Assembly: GCA_951406725.2 (NCBI GenBank)
Contig: OX597815.1
Span: 27,776,001-27,840,000, forward strand
DNA: 64,000 bases
Direction: 5' to 3'
DNA from: Octopus vulgaris
Taxonomy: Eukaryota
The notes under the pieces were generated by a model that made no database searches, had not been told where the DNA came from, and saw nothing but the letters and a program-made list of their open reading frames with translations. The position numbers were made by a program, and so were the translations under genes. Positions 1 to 12,425 of this stretch are shown here, in pieces (the stretch's first letter is position 1; every line of letters starts with the position of its first letter).

Positions 1-114
1 AGAATGTGTGTAGATAAACAGATTAAAGAGAAAGAAAAGTTGAGCAAGCTAGAAGAAGAATTAAGCTCAAATCCTCTGATTAATGTCCATCTTTTATACT
101 AACCTGATCCAACC

Positions 115-213
115 CAATAAAGCACTGAAAGTACATACCGTATCAACGAGGGAACTGACTTGGGATTCATCTTTCCCATAAAGTTTAAGGTCATCCATGA
201 ATAAGAAGTGGTA
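115..213 (-). mobile_element. R4/Dong-clade non-LTR retrotransposon RT fragment (inverted)
   Basis: Minus-strand translation HFLFMDDLKLYGKDESQVSSLVDTV contains the RT catalytic (Y/F)xDD motif in its R4/Dong-type form (FMDDLKLY). Confidence 0.8.
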
Positions 214-215
214 AT

Positions 216-312
216 TTTTTTTGTTATTGTTATCATTATTGAGTGAGAGAGCAGTGCATGCCATCAGTGACACTGGGGTAAAATATACGAAGCCCAGTAT
301 ATCCATCATGAT
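216..312 (-). mobile_element. 3' end of a (TAA)n-tailed retroelement
   Basis: On the minus strand it reads ...ggcatgcactgctctctcactc followed by an (AAT/AAC)n tail, like a LINE 3' UTR plus tail. Confidence 0.45.
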
Positions 313-351
313 TCAATAATGATAACAATAACAAAAATAATTAAAAAAAAG

Positions 352-1428
352 TTAACCACTTCTTATTCATGGATGACCTTAAACTTTAAGAGGGGGAAGA
401 GGACTGATTGGATGCGAACACAGCATTAGAGCAGAAGAAAACAACATAGCATAGTATGTAAAAATTGCCACAGAACCATTATTATTGGAATTAAGAAGGT
501 CAGGCTTGTATAGGATGGAAGATTGCAAAGATTAAGTACTGTACAAGGACTTGAGAATGAATGAAACTGAAAATAGGTGGATAAAGAAAAGAATGCATGG
601 ACAATTTCATAGGGATGTTGAAGATAAAACAGACAGAGAAGAAAGATGGCTATGGATGACTAAAAGTGATTTAAAACTGGAAATGGAGGCTCTAATTTGT
701 GCTGCCCAAGAGCAAGCATTACGAACCAATTACATCAAATACAGAATAGACAACACATCAAAAAGTGATAAATGCAGAATTTGTGGACAAAATAGTGAAA
801 CCATATGCCATATTACCAGTCAATGTACACCACTAGCCCAGAAAGAATATAAGAGACATCATGACAATATAGCAAGGATTGTCCATTGGACACTTTGCAA
901 CAAGTATGGACTTGACAGAGCAAAAAAAGTGGCATGAACATAAACCTGAAGGCATCATCGAAAATGATAATGCAAAGATCCTATGAGATTTTATGATTCA
1001 GTGCGACCATGAGATAGAGAATAGGAAACTAGACATAGAGAAAGAAAGCAAATGATGCTGGATCATAGATATAGCATGCCCAGCTGACAACAAAGTATAT
1101 GATAAGGAAGAAAGAAAAGTCAATAGATATGACAGGTTAGATTGAGAGGTTAAGCAGCTGTGGTCAATGAAAAAAGTGGTAGTAGTACCAATAACTGTCG
1201 GAGCCCTGGGAACAGTGAGTAAAAATCTTGAGAAGTACATGGAACAAATAGGGGCTGCAATACAGGTGGAGCACTTGCAGAAAACAGCACTTCTTGGAAC
1301 TGCTTGAATACTCTGAAACTAAGATAAGGGGTGTTATCTCAGTTCAATGGTAGTGAACAGCCATCACTGTAGTACATCTCCAGCATTAGAAGCTGTGCAA
1401 AGACAATAAATAACGATAATAATAATAA
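352..1428 (+). mobile_element. R4/Dong-clade non-LTR retrotransposon, degenerate 3' portion (RT remnant, CCHC knuckle, restriction-like endonuclease, TAA tail)
   Basis: FMDDLKL at ~366-386, then GGRGLIG. ORF 551-937 has CRICG..SETICHITSQC..LAQKEYKRHHD (CCHC). Downstream broken frame has RKLDI...IIDIACP...K..RY...VPITVGALG...LQKTALLGTA (PD-(D/E)xK nuclease). Ends in (TAA)n at ~1405-1428. Stops and frameshifts present. Confidence 0.9.
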
Positions 1429-1437
1429 TGCTTACGT

Positions 1438-1652
1438 CTATAGGCACAAGGCCTGAAATTTTGAGGGACGAGGTGGGTGGGGGTTAGTCAATTACATCAA
1501 TCCCAGTGCTCATCTAGTACTTATTTCATTAATCCTGAAAGGATGAAAGGCAAAGTTAATCTTGATGGAATTTCGACTCAGACCATAAAGACCAATGAAA
1601 TGCTGCTAAGCATTTTACTTGGCATGCTTATGATTCTGCTAGCTTGCAGCCT
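1438..1652 (-). mobile_element. tRNA-derived SINE family C, diverged copy
   Basis: Matches the copies at 19771, 27534, 30336 and 57285 (core GCCTTTCATCCTTTC...AAATAAGTAC). Confidence 0.75.
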
Positions 1653-2460
1653 CATCATGATAATATTAATAATAATGAAAGACAAAGAGGAAGACAGGGA
1701 GAATTGAATACAATCTTAATGAGAATTGTTGAGAAAGGAGCTGTATGAAGAAACTATTAAAAAGAGATAAGTGGAGTTGTAATAGTTAGGATATCTAGCA
1801 AATGAAATAAAGTATTTTAGTTAATGGATTGTAGTTAGCTGCAGCAATAATAAATTTTAGGAAATCAAAAACTTGAAATGAGAAATTCTTAGTTTTTTGA
1901 TTTTCACAAGTGAGGTTCAATGATTAGAGATAATTGGAAAAAAATAGAGATTTGTAATTATACAACTGATGAAGAAGTTGATGATGGTAATTAAAATAAT
2001 TGACATTAAGAATGCAAAACTCAAAAACAAGCAAAATGTTTGATAATAATTTGCAGGTTTAGTTATAAAGTATAACTGCAATAAGGAAAATAGGGAAATG
2101 TAAAACACAATAAGAGGTAAGATCTGCTCATAAGAGGTACTTTGATAGTTACTTTAGCTAATAAAAGTGATTGTGAATGCACAAGAATGAATACCAAAGC
2201 AACAAATTTAAAGTTTTCCAATTAACCAAAGATATGAGTCAATGCACCATTAATTGAAGAATACATGAACAGTTAAAGGAACATCTAATATTATTTATTA
2301 GTAACATTATTATCAAACTGCTATTAATCTTGTTGCAACATACCATTTTGGATACTGTGCTGGAAGTATAATTTTTAGTGGATGTTTGATTCCAAATCAA
2401 AAACATCTCCAGAACCTCTCCACTGATGAAATCAACAACATCTCTATACAAAATTCCCCA

Positions 2461-2855
2461 AGAGTGGCTGTGTGGTAAGTAGCTTGCTTACCAACCACAT
2501 GGTTCCGGGTTCAATCCCACTGTGTGGCACCTTGGGCAAGTGGCTTCTACTATAGCCTCAGGCCGACCAAAGCCTCGTAAGTGGATTTGGTAGATGGAAA
2601 CTGAAAGAAGCCCGTCATATATATGTATATATATGTGTGTGTGTGTGTTTGTATGTCTGTGTTTGTCCCCACAACATCGCTTGACAACCGATGCCGGTGT
2701 GTTCACGTCCCCTTAACTTAGCAGTTCGGCGAAAGAGATCGATAGAGTAAGTACTAGGCTTACAAAGAATAAGTCCTGGGGTTGATTTGCTCGACTAAAG
2801 GCGGTGCTCCAGCATGGCCACAGTCAAATGACTGAAACAAGTAAAAGAGTAAAGA
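2461..2855 (+). mobile_element. tRNA-derived SINE family A (~400 bp, internal TA/TG microsatellite)
   Basis: Pol III A-box/B-box-like head (gtggctgtgtggtaag...ggttcaatccc) followed by ccttgggcaagt (CORE-like). At least 7 similar copies occur in the window. Confidence 0.9.
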
Positions 2856-2935
2856 GAGATATCAATTCCTTAATTTTAAGCTTAAATGTAGGTAGCTGTG
2901 AAAATATATTTTGGGCTAATTTCTGTATATGTTTA

Positions 2936-3320
2936 TCTTTATATATAAAAGTGAAGTTGTGTGTCTGTCTCCTACGATTTAGATTCCTAACTACTCCCAC
3001 ATTTTGCGGTGCAGTTTAACCAAAACCGGGTATCTTATAGTCGTGATTCATATTGAGCCCTTCTGGGTATTAGCGCGCGTCTACGATGAGTCTACGATTT
3101 TAAAAATAATTTACCATCATTTTTTTCTATTTTAATGCATTTTTTCGCTATTATATAAGGGAAGTAACGCTCTAAAAATGTCTACGATGAGTCAACGATT
3201 AAAAAAAATTTACCATCATTTTTTTCCCATTTTTAATGCATTTTTTTGGCTATAACTCTCTAAAAATGCTTTATAGTTATTTCCCTTACAAATCCGAGCA
3301 ACGCCGGGCAACACTGCTAG
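2936..3320 (+). mobile_element. Non-autonomous Helitron-like element
   Basis: 5' TC and 3' CTAG termini, inserted between A and T, with a subterminal GC-rich hairpin (ccgagcaacgccggg). Same termini as 49236-49626. Confidence 0.75.
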
Positions 3321-3564
3321 TTACTTATACAAGCCTACAGGTGGCAAACTGGCAAGTGTCAAACAAAATGCCTTTGCAGTATTTAATCATGTCCCTTTCT
3401 GTTCTGATTTTAACCCTTTAGCATTTAAACCGGCCATATCCGGCCCAAATTTTCTACTTCTTCTATGTCCAAACCATCTAGATCTGGCCTCTCAGTCATA
3501 TCCTACAATGTCATCCTCAAAATAAACCATCACATCATCAAATTCTCAGAGCTACAAGATAATG

Positions 3565-3772
3565 AGAATGTGTGTAGATAAGCAGATTAAAGAGAAAGTT
3601 GAGCAAGCTAGATGAAGAATTAAGCTCAAATCCTCTGATTAATGTCCATCTTTTATACTAACCTGATCCAACCCAATAAAGCACTGAAAGTATATACTGT
3701 ATCAACGAGGGAACTGACTTGGGATTCATCTTTCCCATGAAGTTTAAGGTCATCCATGCATAAGAAGTGGTT
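3565..3772 (-). repeat. Local duplicate of 1-213 (unique DNA plus R4 RT fragment)
   Basis: Near-identical to the window start (agaatgtgtgtagata...aagaagtggt). Confidence 0.9.
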
Positions 3773-3777
3773 GACAA

Positions 3778-4081
3778 TCATCATCATCATCATCACTTAG
3801 TGTCCGCTTTCCATGCTAGCATGGGTTGGACAGTTCAACTGGGGTCTGTGAAGCCAGAAGGCTGCATCAGGCCCAGTCTGATCTGGCAGTGTTTCTACGG
3901 CTGGATGCCCTTCCTAACGCCAACCACTCCATGAATGTAGTGGGTGCTTTTTACATGCCACCGACACAGGTGCCAGACGGAGCTGGCAAATGGCCACGGA
4001 CGGATGGTGCTTTTTACGTGCCACCGGCACGGGGGCCAGACGAGGCTGGCAACGGCCACGAACGGATGGTGCTTTTACAAT
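3778..4081 (-). mobile_element. SINE-like family B with (GAT)n tail
   Basis: (CAT)n followed by gtccgctttccatgctagcatgggttgg...ctggatgcccttcctaacgccaaccac. About 10 copies occur in the window. Confidence 0.85.
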
Positions 4082-4143
4082 GTGAATGAAAAAGCATATT
4101 TGACAGAGTAATCTGAACACTAAAGGGTTAAATCCTACCAAGG

Positions 4144-4374
4144 TAAGCCCTTTTGTTACCATATTTTCTGCTGACTTATGTTGGCTTTCTTTCAATTCAT
4201 TTAAAAAAATAATGAAGAATTTAGTAAAAGAACTTTCTCATTATTAACCCAGGGTCTGGAATAAATTAGCATAAAATTTTGAATGGAGACTATAAATTAG
4301 ATCACTTTAAAAACAGTGAGTTTGTGTTATAGAACCAGAAGTGGTCTAAGGTAGGTTGGTATCAAAAGAGTTAA
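4144..4374. mobile_element. piggyBac-like MITE (CCCTTTTGTTAC family), diverged
   Basis: Termini cccttttgttacc ... ggtatcaaaagag-ttaa. Internal similarity to 46611-47058. Confidence 0.55.
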
Positions 4375-4424
4375 ATTAAGTAAATACCAGTCAGGAAATG
4401 GCACTGATCTTAATCAACTAATAT

Positions 4425-4900
4425 GGAGGCATGTGGCTTAGTGGTTAGGGTATTGGACTCATGATTCTAAGATTGTGGTTTCAATTTCTGTACTAGGTAA
4501 CACATTGTGTTCTTGAGCAAAACACTTCATTTCATGTTGCTCCAGTTCACTCAGCTGGCAAAAATGAGTAATCCTGCGATGGACTGGTGTCCTATCCAGG
4601 TGGGGAATATATATACACTATGAAACTGGGAAGTGGAGGCACGTGGCTTAATGGCTAGGGTGTCAGCATCATGATCGTAAGATTGTGGTTTCGATTCCTG
4701 AACTGGGCGACGTGTTGTGTTCTTGAGCAAAACACTTCATTTCATGTTGCTCAGTCCACTTAGCTGGCAAAAGACATCTCGTCCAGCTGGGTAATACATA
4801 CGCCACTGAAACCGAGAAACCGGGCCCATGAGACTGGCTAGGCTTTAAAAGGGCGCATTTATTTTTTTATTATGAAACTGGGAAACCAGCCCTTATGAGG
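4425..4900 (+). mobile_element. tRNA-derived SINE family D: one copy (4633-4870) inserted in an older copy
   Basis: Two heads ggaggcaygtggctta.tgg.tagggt...; 14-bp TSD tatgaaactgggaa at 4619-4632 and 4871-4884. Confidence 0.8.
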
Positions 4901-5829
4901 AAGCTAAGCTCTTGAGAAAAACCAATGAATTTTTCTCGCAAATTAGGACACAAAAGAATCTCAAAAATGTTTGCAGCTGTTCCTCTCATCAGACATCACT
5001 CAAAATCCTCTCCTATTCTTCTATAGGGTTCCCTTTAGGTTCTTCAGTCCTGTATTTTGTAAGGTGATTTCACAAGTGTTAGTGCCATGCAAAAGCACCC
5101 AGAAAACTCTATAAAGTGGTTGGTATAAGTAGAGTATCTAACCATAGAAAGTATGCTAAGGCAGACACTGCAGCATGATTCAGTCCTCTGATGCATCAGA
5201 TCCTGTTGAATTATTCAACTCATGCCAGCATGGTGAGCAGATGTGAAATAATGAGTGTGTGTATGTATCTTTTCCTTGTTTTGACATTTGTGTGTTAACT
5301 GAAAATGTCACAGTGTCATTTGTGTTTATAATCTTTCACAAAATCATATCCAGCCATTGGGGGCATTCAAAGAACTAGAGGAAATATTAAGCTTACTTGA
5401 AAGAGGTGACTGTTGGTGACGGAAAGAGCATTCAACCATAAAAAATCTGTCTCTACAAATTTCATCTGACCCAAGCAAATATGGAATAGTGAATGTGATG
5501 ATGATGATGATGATAATGATGATATGGTTTAGTCAGAATTTTCATAGGGCTGACTAATGAGACTGATATACATAATATTCACATGGGTGAGAATGGAATT
5601 CCAAAGAGTTTACATTCCAAGAAGTAAGGGTTGAACAAAGCAGCTAGTGTAAGGCCTAAGGGTAAGGTGAATTGAGACAGTATGAATGAGGAGAGTAGGC
5701 AAGATGGTGATCATCAGATGGGCCTGGGAGAGGTGATGTGCAAGTAATTAGAAACAGTTGTAAAAGCAGCAGTGAGGAGACAGTATGCTTGTGGAACAGA
5801 AGACGCAGGGTATTGGCACTTGGGTTACT

Positions 5830-6092
5830 ACTGGTCTCCGTGCCGGTGGCACGTAAAAAGCACCATCCGATTGTGGCCGTTGCCAGCCTCGTCTGGCCCC
5901 CGTACCGGTGGCACATAAAAAGCACCCACTACATTCACAGAGTGGTTAGCGTTAGGAAGGGCATCCAGCTGTAGAAACACTGCCAGATCAGACAGGGCCT
6001 GGCGCAGCCTTCTGGCTTCCCAGACCCCAGTTGAACCGTCCAACCCATGCTAGCATGGAAAACAGACGTTGAACGATGATGATGATGATGAT
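5830..6092 (+). mobile_element. SINE-like family B
   Basis: gtggttagcgttaggaagggcatccagctgtagaaac...(GAT)n tail. Confidence 0.85.
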
Positions 6093-6586
6093 GTTACTAC
6101 CAATCAGTACGGTGGTCTTCTTTTGGATATAGTGTAAGTGGTATGAAAGTACAGTAGTAGTCTGTTGCAATTTATTGCACTCACTTTCACATTATCCTCT
6201 CCAATCTCTCTCTCCTTTCCTTGTTTTTCCCTCTGCCTAGGTAACCAAGTATCTCCTTCACATCAACACACCTGTTTCTGTCCTCTTCTTTGTACCTTTC
6301 TTTCCCTCCATCTCTCGCTCTCACCCTCTCTTCTCACTCTCTCTTTTGCTGGGTAACCATGTACCTCTTCTATAGCAAGAGGTTTGTTTCTGCCTCTCTA
6401 TTTTTCGGTCACTCTACCCTTTAATCATCTGACTACGGATCACCCCCTCCAATGCCCCTTCTGTTATAGCAAGACACCTGGTTCTGCCTCTCTGTCACAC
6501 TCTAACCTTTCATCCTCTGACACAAGTTCCCCTCCTCAAATCTCCCTTCTCTCAAAAATTCCTTGTCTTGTAGTTACTTGGTGACC

Positions 6587-6882
6587 CTACCAGTGCTGGT
6601 ACCACATAAAAAGCATCCAGTTCACACTGTAAAGTGGTTGGTACTTGGAAGGGCATCCAGCTGTAAAAATAATGCCAAAACTAACCTTGCCTGTGGTAGT
6701 GCCATGTAAAAAGCACGGAGTCCACTCTGCAGAGTGGTTTGTGTTAGGAAGGGCATCCAGCCATAAAAACCCTACCAAAATAGATACAGTAACCGGGGGT
6801 AGTTTTCTACCTGGCTGGCTCCTGTCAACCGTACTACCCATACACACATGCATGGAAGATGGACTTTAAACAATGATGATGA
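6587..6882 (+). mobile_element. SINE-like family B, diverged dimeric copy
   Basis: Two ggaagggcatccagc modules and a (GAT)n tail. Confidence 0.6.
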
Positions 6883-8399
6883 ATATCATGCTTAGTTAAC
6901 ACAAACCACTTTCTTCATTGCTGACTTCAAACCATCACTCTATTTCACGTGAGTCCCTCTCCCTGCTTCAACCTGTCTCCTGCTAACATAAAGCTATCCT
7001 TCACTGTCTTTTTTCCAATGCTCCCTCCTCTACCACCTAATGCAATCTAGCTAACCATTGCATTCATACACATACACTTTCTTCTATTCATTCTCTCAGC
7101 CATGTCTACTTGCAGGGGACAAAGCAACTCTACAGTGGTGGTACCACTACACTCTGTAAACTAATTAGTGAACAAATAGAAAAAGTATTGGTCAGAGATG
7201 CTTTTAGTCTTGTCAAGGATATGATAATCTCTCTAATGCTGGTGCCATGATAAAATACACCCAGAACAGTCTGTAAAGAAAGTTGGTGTAAAAAGGCCAT
7301 TCAGTTGTACAAACCAAACCACTTTCTTCACTGCTGACTTCAATCCATAACTTTCAAATAATTCCTTCTCCTATCACTGATAACTGACTTAACTCTTTAG
7401 CATTCAGATTACTCTGTCAAATGCATGAGATGTAATCCCCAGTCTAAGAGGAAAAAATACTCTAAATAGAAGCTCACTTGAACTATGAGATGTCTAACCT
7501 ATGCCAGCAAGGAAAATTATATAAAATGTTGATGACAATAGTTTTCAAATAATCTCTATGAATTTAATGTAAGTCTTATGTTGAATGCCTTTCCTACTAC
7601 CAGAGCCATGGTGACAGTAGTTCTGCTTTTTCGCCAAGAAGTAAATTAACCAAATAATGCCATGGGGAGGGGCTCTAACTGTTTGGTTTGGTGTAATATA
7701 TTTAAAATCTTGATGTATTCCTGTTGTTTGTTGTTCCATGACACAAATTAAATTATAAGAAACCATTACGTGCAACAGAAGCAGTATTAGATTAAAATTG
7801 TCATCTATGTATCATACTTAATGCAAATACATTGTGGAAATTATAAGAATTTCTTTAACATACAACTGTCTGCCTTTTAAATGTATTTATGTACTTTGTC
7901 TTAGGGAGCAATTCAATATTAACAGGGAAGTTAATTACAATGTTTCACTTTTGCTTTTAAATAGCAGCCACAGTCCCCTCAAACTTGCCATACTCCCTTA
8001 GAAATAGTAGAATATTCTGGATAACTCCGTACAACATACAATATGTTAGGAAAGACGATAAGAGGGTCATAGCTAGAAAGCCATACTTGAAACATAGAGA
8101 TAAAGCAAGAAACAGAATATTTCAAAAAGGTAAGTACACCTCAACAATTACATTCACATACAATATAAAGAGACAGCATAAACCATTGAAACAAACTTCA
8201 AATGACAGCAAAACATATCAAGGGAACCTGTAATGCTGTAATTATCTCCCTTCTTACATTCATAATCCTTTTAATTACGTTGTTTTAAATAACAAACCTA
8301 AGAAAAGCCTTTCCCTATAATAACACAGAAACGACCAAAATAAGCAAACTACTCAAGCAAAAAGAAAAAAAGTAAACATTGAGCAATACACTCTATGAG

Positions 8400-8900
8400 G
8401 AAACTAAAAAAAAATGTCCTTAATCACATGAAATATTCACATTGTTATTGTACAAGAAACAAAAATTTCAGAGCTAACAAAGGACTCCACATATCCAAGT
8501 TACACATTGATAAAGTAGGACAGATTCACCCAGGGAGGAGGCCTTACATCGTATATAAAATCATGCATCCAGTACATAGATGCCACAAACGACAATCATT
8601 AATACAACATGACAACTAGAATGCAAGCATTCAAAAGCTAGTAATATGAACTACATTTATACATGCCACCACAAACCTCCCATCAGTTATGCACAACATC
8701 TACAACATCTTAAATCTTAAACACTATCATTAGGGCAGACTTCAATGCACATAGCACATCCTGGTACAAAAACAGTACAGATAACATAAAGCATGATAAT
8801 TGCATCACAAACACTTTACATCCGAAGAAAGAAGCTAATTACAACTCCACAGACATCTGCTCCACACATCCAGCAGCTATGAATACACAATAAACATTTC
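8400..8900 (+). pseudogene. Decayed LINE apurinic-like endonuclease fragment
   Basis: ~8720-8764 translates TIIRADFNAHSTSW, matching the GDFNAH..W motif of APE-type LINE endonucleases. A-rich strand bias and many stops. Boundaries approximate. Confidence 0.5.
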
Positions 8901-8974
8901 CCTAACTCTCTTCCAACTAAATACTTATCATAAGACAAAATAGCTTCCTAAGGCCAACAATAGTCACACCACAA

Positions 8975-9118
8975 TCTTTGTCACGGTAACAATCTCAATA
9001 TACCCACATTACAAAACCAAACTAACATCCTTAGCATACACATTTTCAAAATGAGTTAGAAAAACACATAAACAAAAAGATACATACTTTCTACTGAGAG
9101 CAGAGCTTTGACACCTTC
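8975..9118. repeat. ~144-bp direct repeat, copy 1 (copy 2 at 12282-12425)
   Basis: tctttgtcac...gctttgacaccttc is present twice with few substitutions. Confidence 0.9.
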
Positions 9119-9432
9119 CTTCAAAACCAAAATGACAATGGTGATTTCAAAATATAAAAAATGCCAAGGACTTACCAAAATCATAAGCATACAGTATATA
9201 TTTACAAATCCTATATACTAAGTTGCTCTAATGTAAATCTTTGAATCTTGCATCTTATTTGAACCTCACTAATATTCAGCATACATTCGGTTAATAATTT
9301 TGAACCCTTTTTACAGAATGTTAAATACTGATTTATATGCAATTTACATGGTCTTTTATAGAGAAATTGATTCAATAAATTCACATTTTTCACACAAAGA
9401 CACATATGTGAGTAAACAGTTTATTTACTTAC

Positions 9433-9498
9433 ACAAGATTTTTCAGAGTCACTGGAGCATTTTTGATTTTCCTCTAGCCATATTTTTGAAGATTTTAA
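9433..9498 (-). CDS. Candidate internal exon of unidentified gene (LKSSKIWLEENQKCSSDSEKSC if phase 0)
   Basis: Strong acceptor ttatttcatttttcag and consensus donor GTAAGT. 66 nt, open in phase 0. No homology recognised. Confidence 0.35.
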
Positions 9499-10657
9499 CT
9501 GAAAAATGAAATAAACAAAAGTCATCAACTGCTAAAATTAACTTTGAAAAGAATTATGTCAAATCTAACAAGGAAACATACATAAAAACACAGGGTTTAA
9601 GACTGAGTAGCATTTGATGATTATTTGTCAATGTAGACTAGGATTTCCTTGGATTTTACAGTACAATAGAATGTTACTTGTGATGTTGTGTATAGGAAGT
9701 GGAGATATACAACAAGGATGAAGCACATCTATAAATTCTTTGGGGGTGAAATGTAGTTCTAGGACAGATGTATTTATACTCTCAAAAAATTGGATATAAA
9801 ACAAATTGTATGATGAGTAGTGATATCAATAACTCAAATACTGTAACACTAACTAGTCTCAATATATGCCTACAAAAGTGAATAATGTTTTCACTTTGTT
9901 TCTTCCAGTTTTGTTCTTAAGTCTTATCTCTCATAACCTAACATTTGCTACTTAGATACTAAATAGTAAATTTTCATATCCTCTTTTCAATCAATATCTA
10001 TCTAAGATACTGGCATAATTAATTTCAACATGGATTTGCATTTTGCATTGGTTCAGACTTAAATACTTCTAGTTTTCAATTTTGTTGTTCCTTTCAACTT
10101 TTCTGATTGCTAAATCAATCATTAATTCTTGAATTCATACTCACCAAAATTTCCTATCTGTCGTGGACAAAGCCTTATGGCCAGAAATTTCATTGATTTG
10201 ATTTGTTGAAAAGGTTTCTCTAAACCACAACAGCTAACTTTGCCAGATATTTCTTTAAATAACTGCTTGCCTCTATCTGTACTATTCAATCTGTTTCCTT
10301 CAAATCTTTATTTTCATCATCGTTGCCTTTTTAACAGGTGAACTACCAGCATGGCAACATCATCTCTTGGAAAGAATTCTTATGTTCATCAAGTTATAAA
10401 AAACAAATTGTTTCTTGCAATTAGTTATGGCATTATACTTGTCAACTATTGGTTTACTGTTGGATATGTATAGACTCTGGCTTTCAATTTATAGTTTCCA
10501 AAAGTAACTACAGCAGGATCAGCAAATTGTTTCAGACATCTGAGTAAGAGTACTTCAAGGAAGTTTATTTCATGGAGCTACTTAGAATTGCTAAGCACAT
10601 ACTTGTGAACTTTAAGATGCTTGTTTCAGTCTTTTCTGTACTGCAAGCACTTTTTGT

Positions 10658-11020
10658 ATCATCATCATCGTTTAATGTCCGCTTTCCATGCTAGTATGGC
10701 TTGGACGATTTGACTGATGGCTGGCAAACCAGATGGCTGCACCAGGCTCCAATCTTGATCTTGAGTTTCTACAGCTGGATGCTGTAGTGGGTGCTTTTAC
10801 GTGCCACTAGCATGGAGGCCAGTTAGGCGGTACTGGCAACGACCTTGCTCGGATCTTTTTACACGTGCCAGTAAGGCAACGCTGGTAACGATCATGCTCG
10901 AATGGTGCCTTTTACGTGCCACTGGCACGGAAGCCAGTTAGCCGCTCTGGCAACGATCATGCTCGGATGGTGCTCTTAGCACCCTACTAGCACAGGGCAC
11001 AAGTGCCAGTAAGGCGACAT
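10658..11020 (-). mobile_element. SINE-like family B (long variant)
   Basis: (CAT)n plus the family B body with several gtgccac...gcac modules. Confidence 0.8.
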
Positions 11021-11329
11021 TTTGATATAAATTATGTAGCATGATTTTCTGGACATAACAGAATGCTTACTTTAGCATCACCTTGGACAATCCCTTCAAA
11101 CTTTTTACGCAATTTTTTTTTGTGCAATGACATCATGCAGTAGTCCAATAAGTATTATCATTCAAGAAATTTTTCTTTACTTGAGAAATTTTTTTTTCTC
11201 TAATGAAAATGCAGTCAAAGCAAATACTTTCTTTAGTTTGAAGGAAGAGATATGGCATAAACCTGAGAAAAATAGTTGTTGATTTGAAGATTTTGAAGTC
11301 TACAGTGGAATATATGTTAAAGAATGACT

Positions 11330-12200
11330 ATAACCAGAAGAAAAAACCGAGAAGGAACAAATTGCTTGGGAAGAGAACTCAAAGTCAAATGATGATGACT
11401 GTGTCCTGTGCAATGGCAGCTGGAAAAAAGGTAATGGTATGGAAGGTGAAGGAGAAATGTGAAATAAATGTAAATATTTGAGCAGTTCAAAGAATGCTGA
11501 AAGAAATTGGATACAGGTAAACAAAGGCCAAAAGGAAAACTCGTGTTAGCTAAAAACATAAGGTGACAAGGGTAGACTGTGCAAAATTATGGTTAACTAC
11601 TTCTGTTGAGTTTACCAAAGTAATTTCTACTTATAAGAAGTGGTTTAAGTTCAATTCAACCAAATGGCTGGTGCTCTTGATCAAGCAAAGTTGAACCAGT
11701 GATGATGAACAAAAGGCAGATGGGCAGAGGTGGAGTAATGGTATGGGACATGATCTTTCCAAGTTTATAGTTTTGGTTAGATTAGCTAAAAGGAAGGCAG
11801 AGAAGCATGAGTAACATCCAGCTGGCGCAAAGAGGACCTTGCTTCATATTAAAGAAGAAATGGGAGATACTTTTATCCTCCAAACAGGGTAACTGCAGCA
11901 TTCACATGTTAAAAACAGTCAAGGAATGGATGCAAGACATAAAAATAAGTCTACTGGAATAAGTGATGACAAGTCCAGACTTGGACTGAATTGAAAATAT
12001 ATGAGAAATGTTGGCACAGCTGGTGATTGATGGATCAGAAATGACAAATGAGACAGAATTAGGGAAACAGATTTTAGGAGCCAAAAGAAGACAGACAGAA
12101 ACAAAAAGAGATATTATAATGAACATGTATGCCTGGTACAAGGAACAAATAGTGCAAGTGATTGAAAAGAAAGGTGACTGTGTGGACACCTAAAGCTGAG
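11330..12200 (+). pseudogene. Decayed Tc1/mariner (DD34E) transposase
   Basis: Broken frames give KRQMGRGGVMVW (~11711-11746), Q(G/D)NCSIH (11885) and SPDLD*IENI*EML (11972), i.e. the SPDLNPIEN.W motif with 34 residues between the second-D position (mutated to G) and E. C-terminal VIEKKG. Confidence 0.75.
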
Positions 12201-12281
12201 TCGTATTATTGTGCAAAGAATATTGCCACATGATTTTAACAAAATTTTCATTAAAAACTACTTAAATTTTTACATTTTTAC

Positions 12282-12425
12282 TCTTTGTCACAGTAACAAT
12301 CTCAATATACTCACATTACAAAACCAAACTAGCATCCTTAGCATAAACATTTTCAAAATGAGTTAGAAAAACACACTAACAAAAAGATACATACTTTCTA
12401 CTGAGACCAGAGCTTTGACACCTTC
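12282..12425. repeat. ~144-bp direct repeat, copy 2
   Basis: Matches 8975-9118. Confidence 0.9.

Larger units (their letters stand above)
3410..4131. mobile_element. piggyBac-like MITE (TTAA-CCCTTTAG...CTAAAGGG-TTAA) interrupted by insertions
   Basis: 3410-3564 and 4080-4131 together match the uninterrupted copy at 63439-63667 in the opposite orientation. TTAA flanks both ends. Confidence 0.75.

Noticed and set aside
9810-9900. C/D snoRNA starting at ATGATGA
   Set aside because: No D box (CTGA) at a suitable distance and no terminal stem.
8979-12420. Full LTR retrotransposon bounded by 135-bp TG...CA repeats
   Set aside because: No primer-binding site or gag/pol remnant, homology extends a few bases past TG/CA on both copies, and the interior holds Tc1 and SINE sequence. 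An H/ACA snoRNA reading was also unconvincing because there is no two-hairpin fold.
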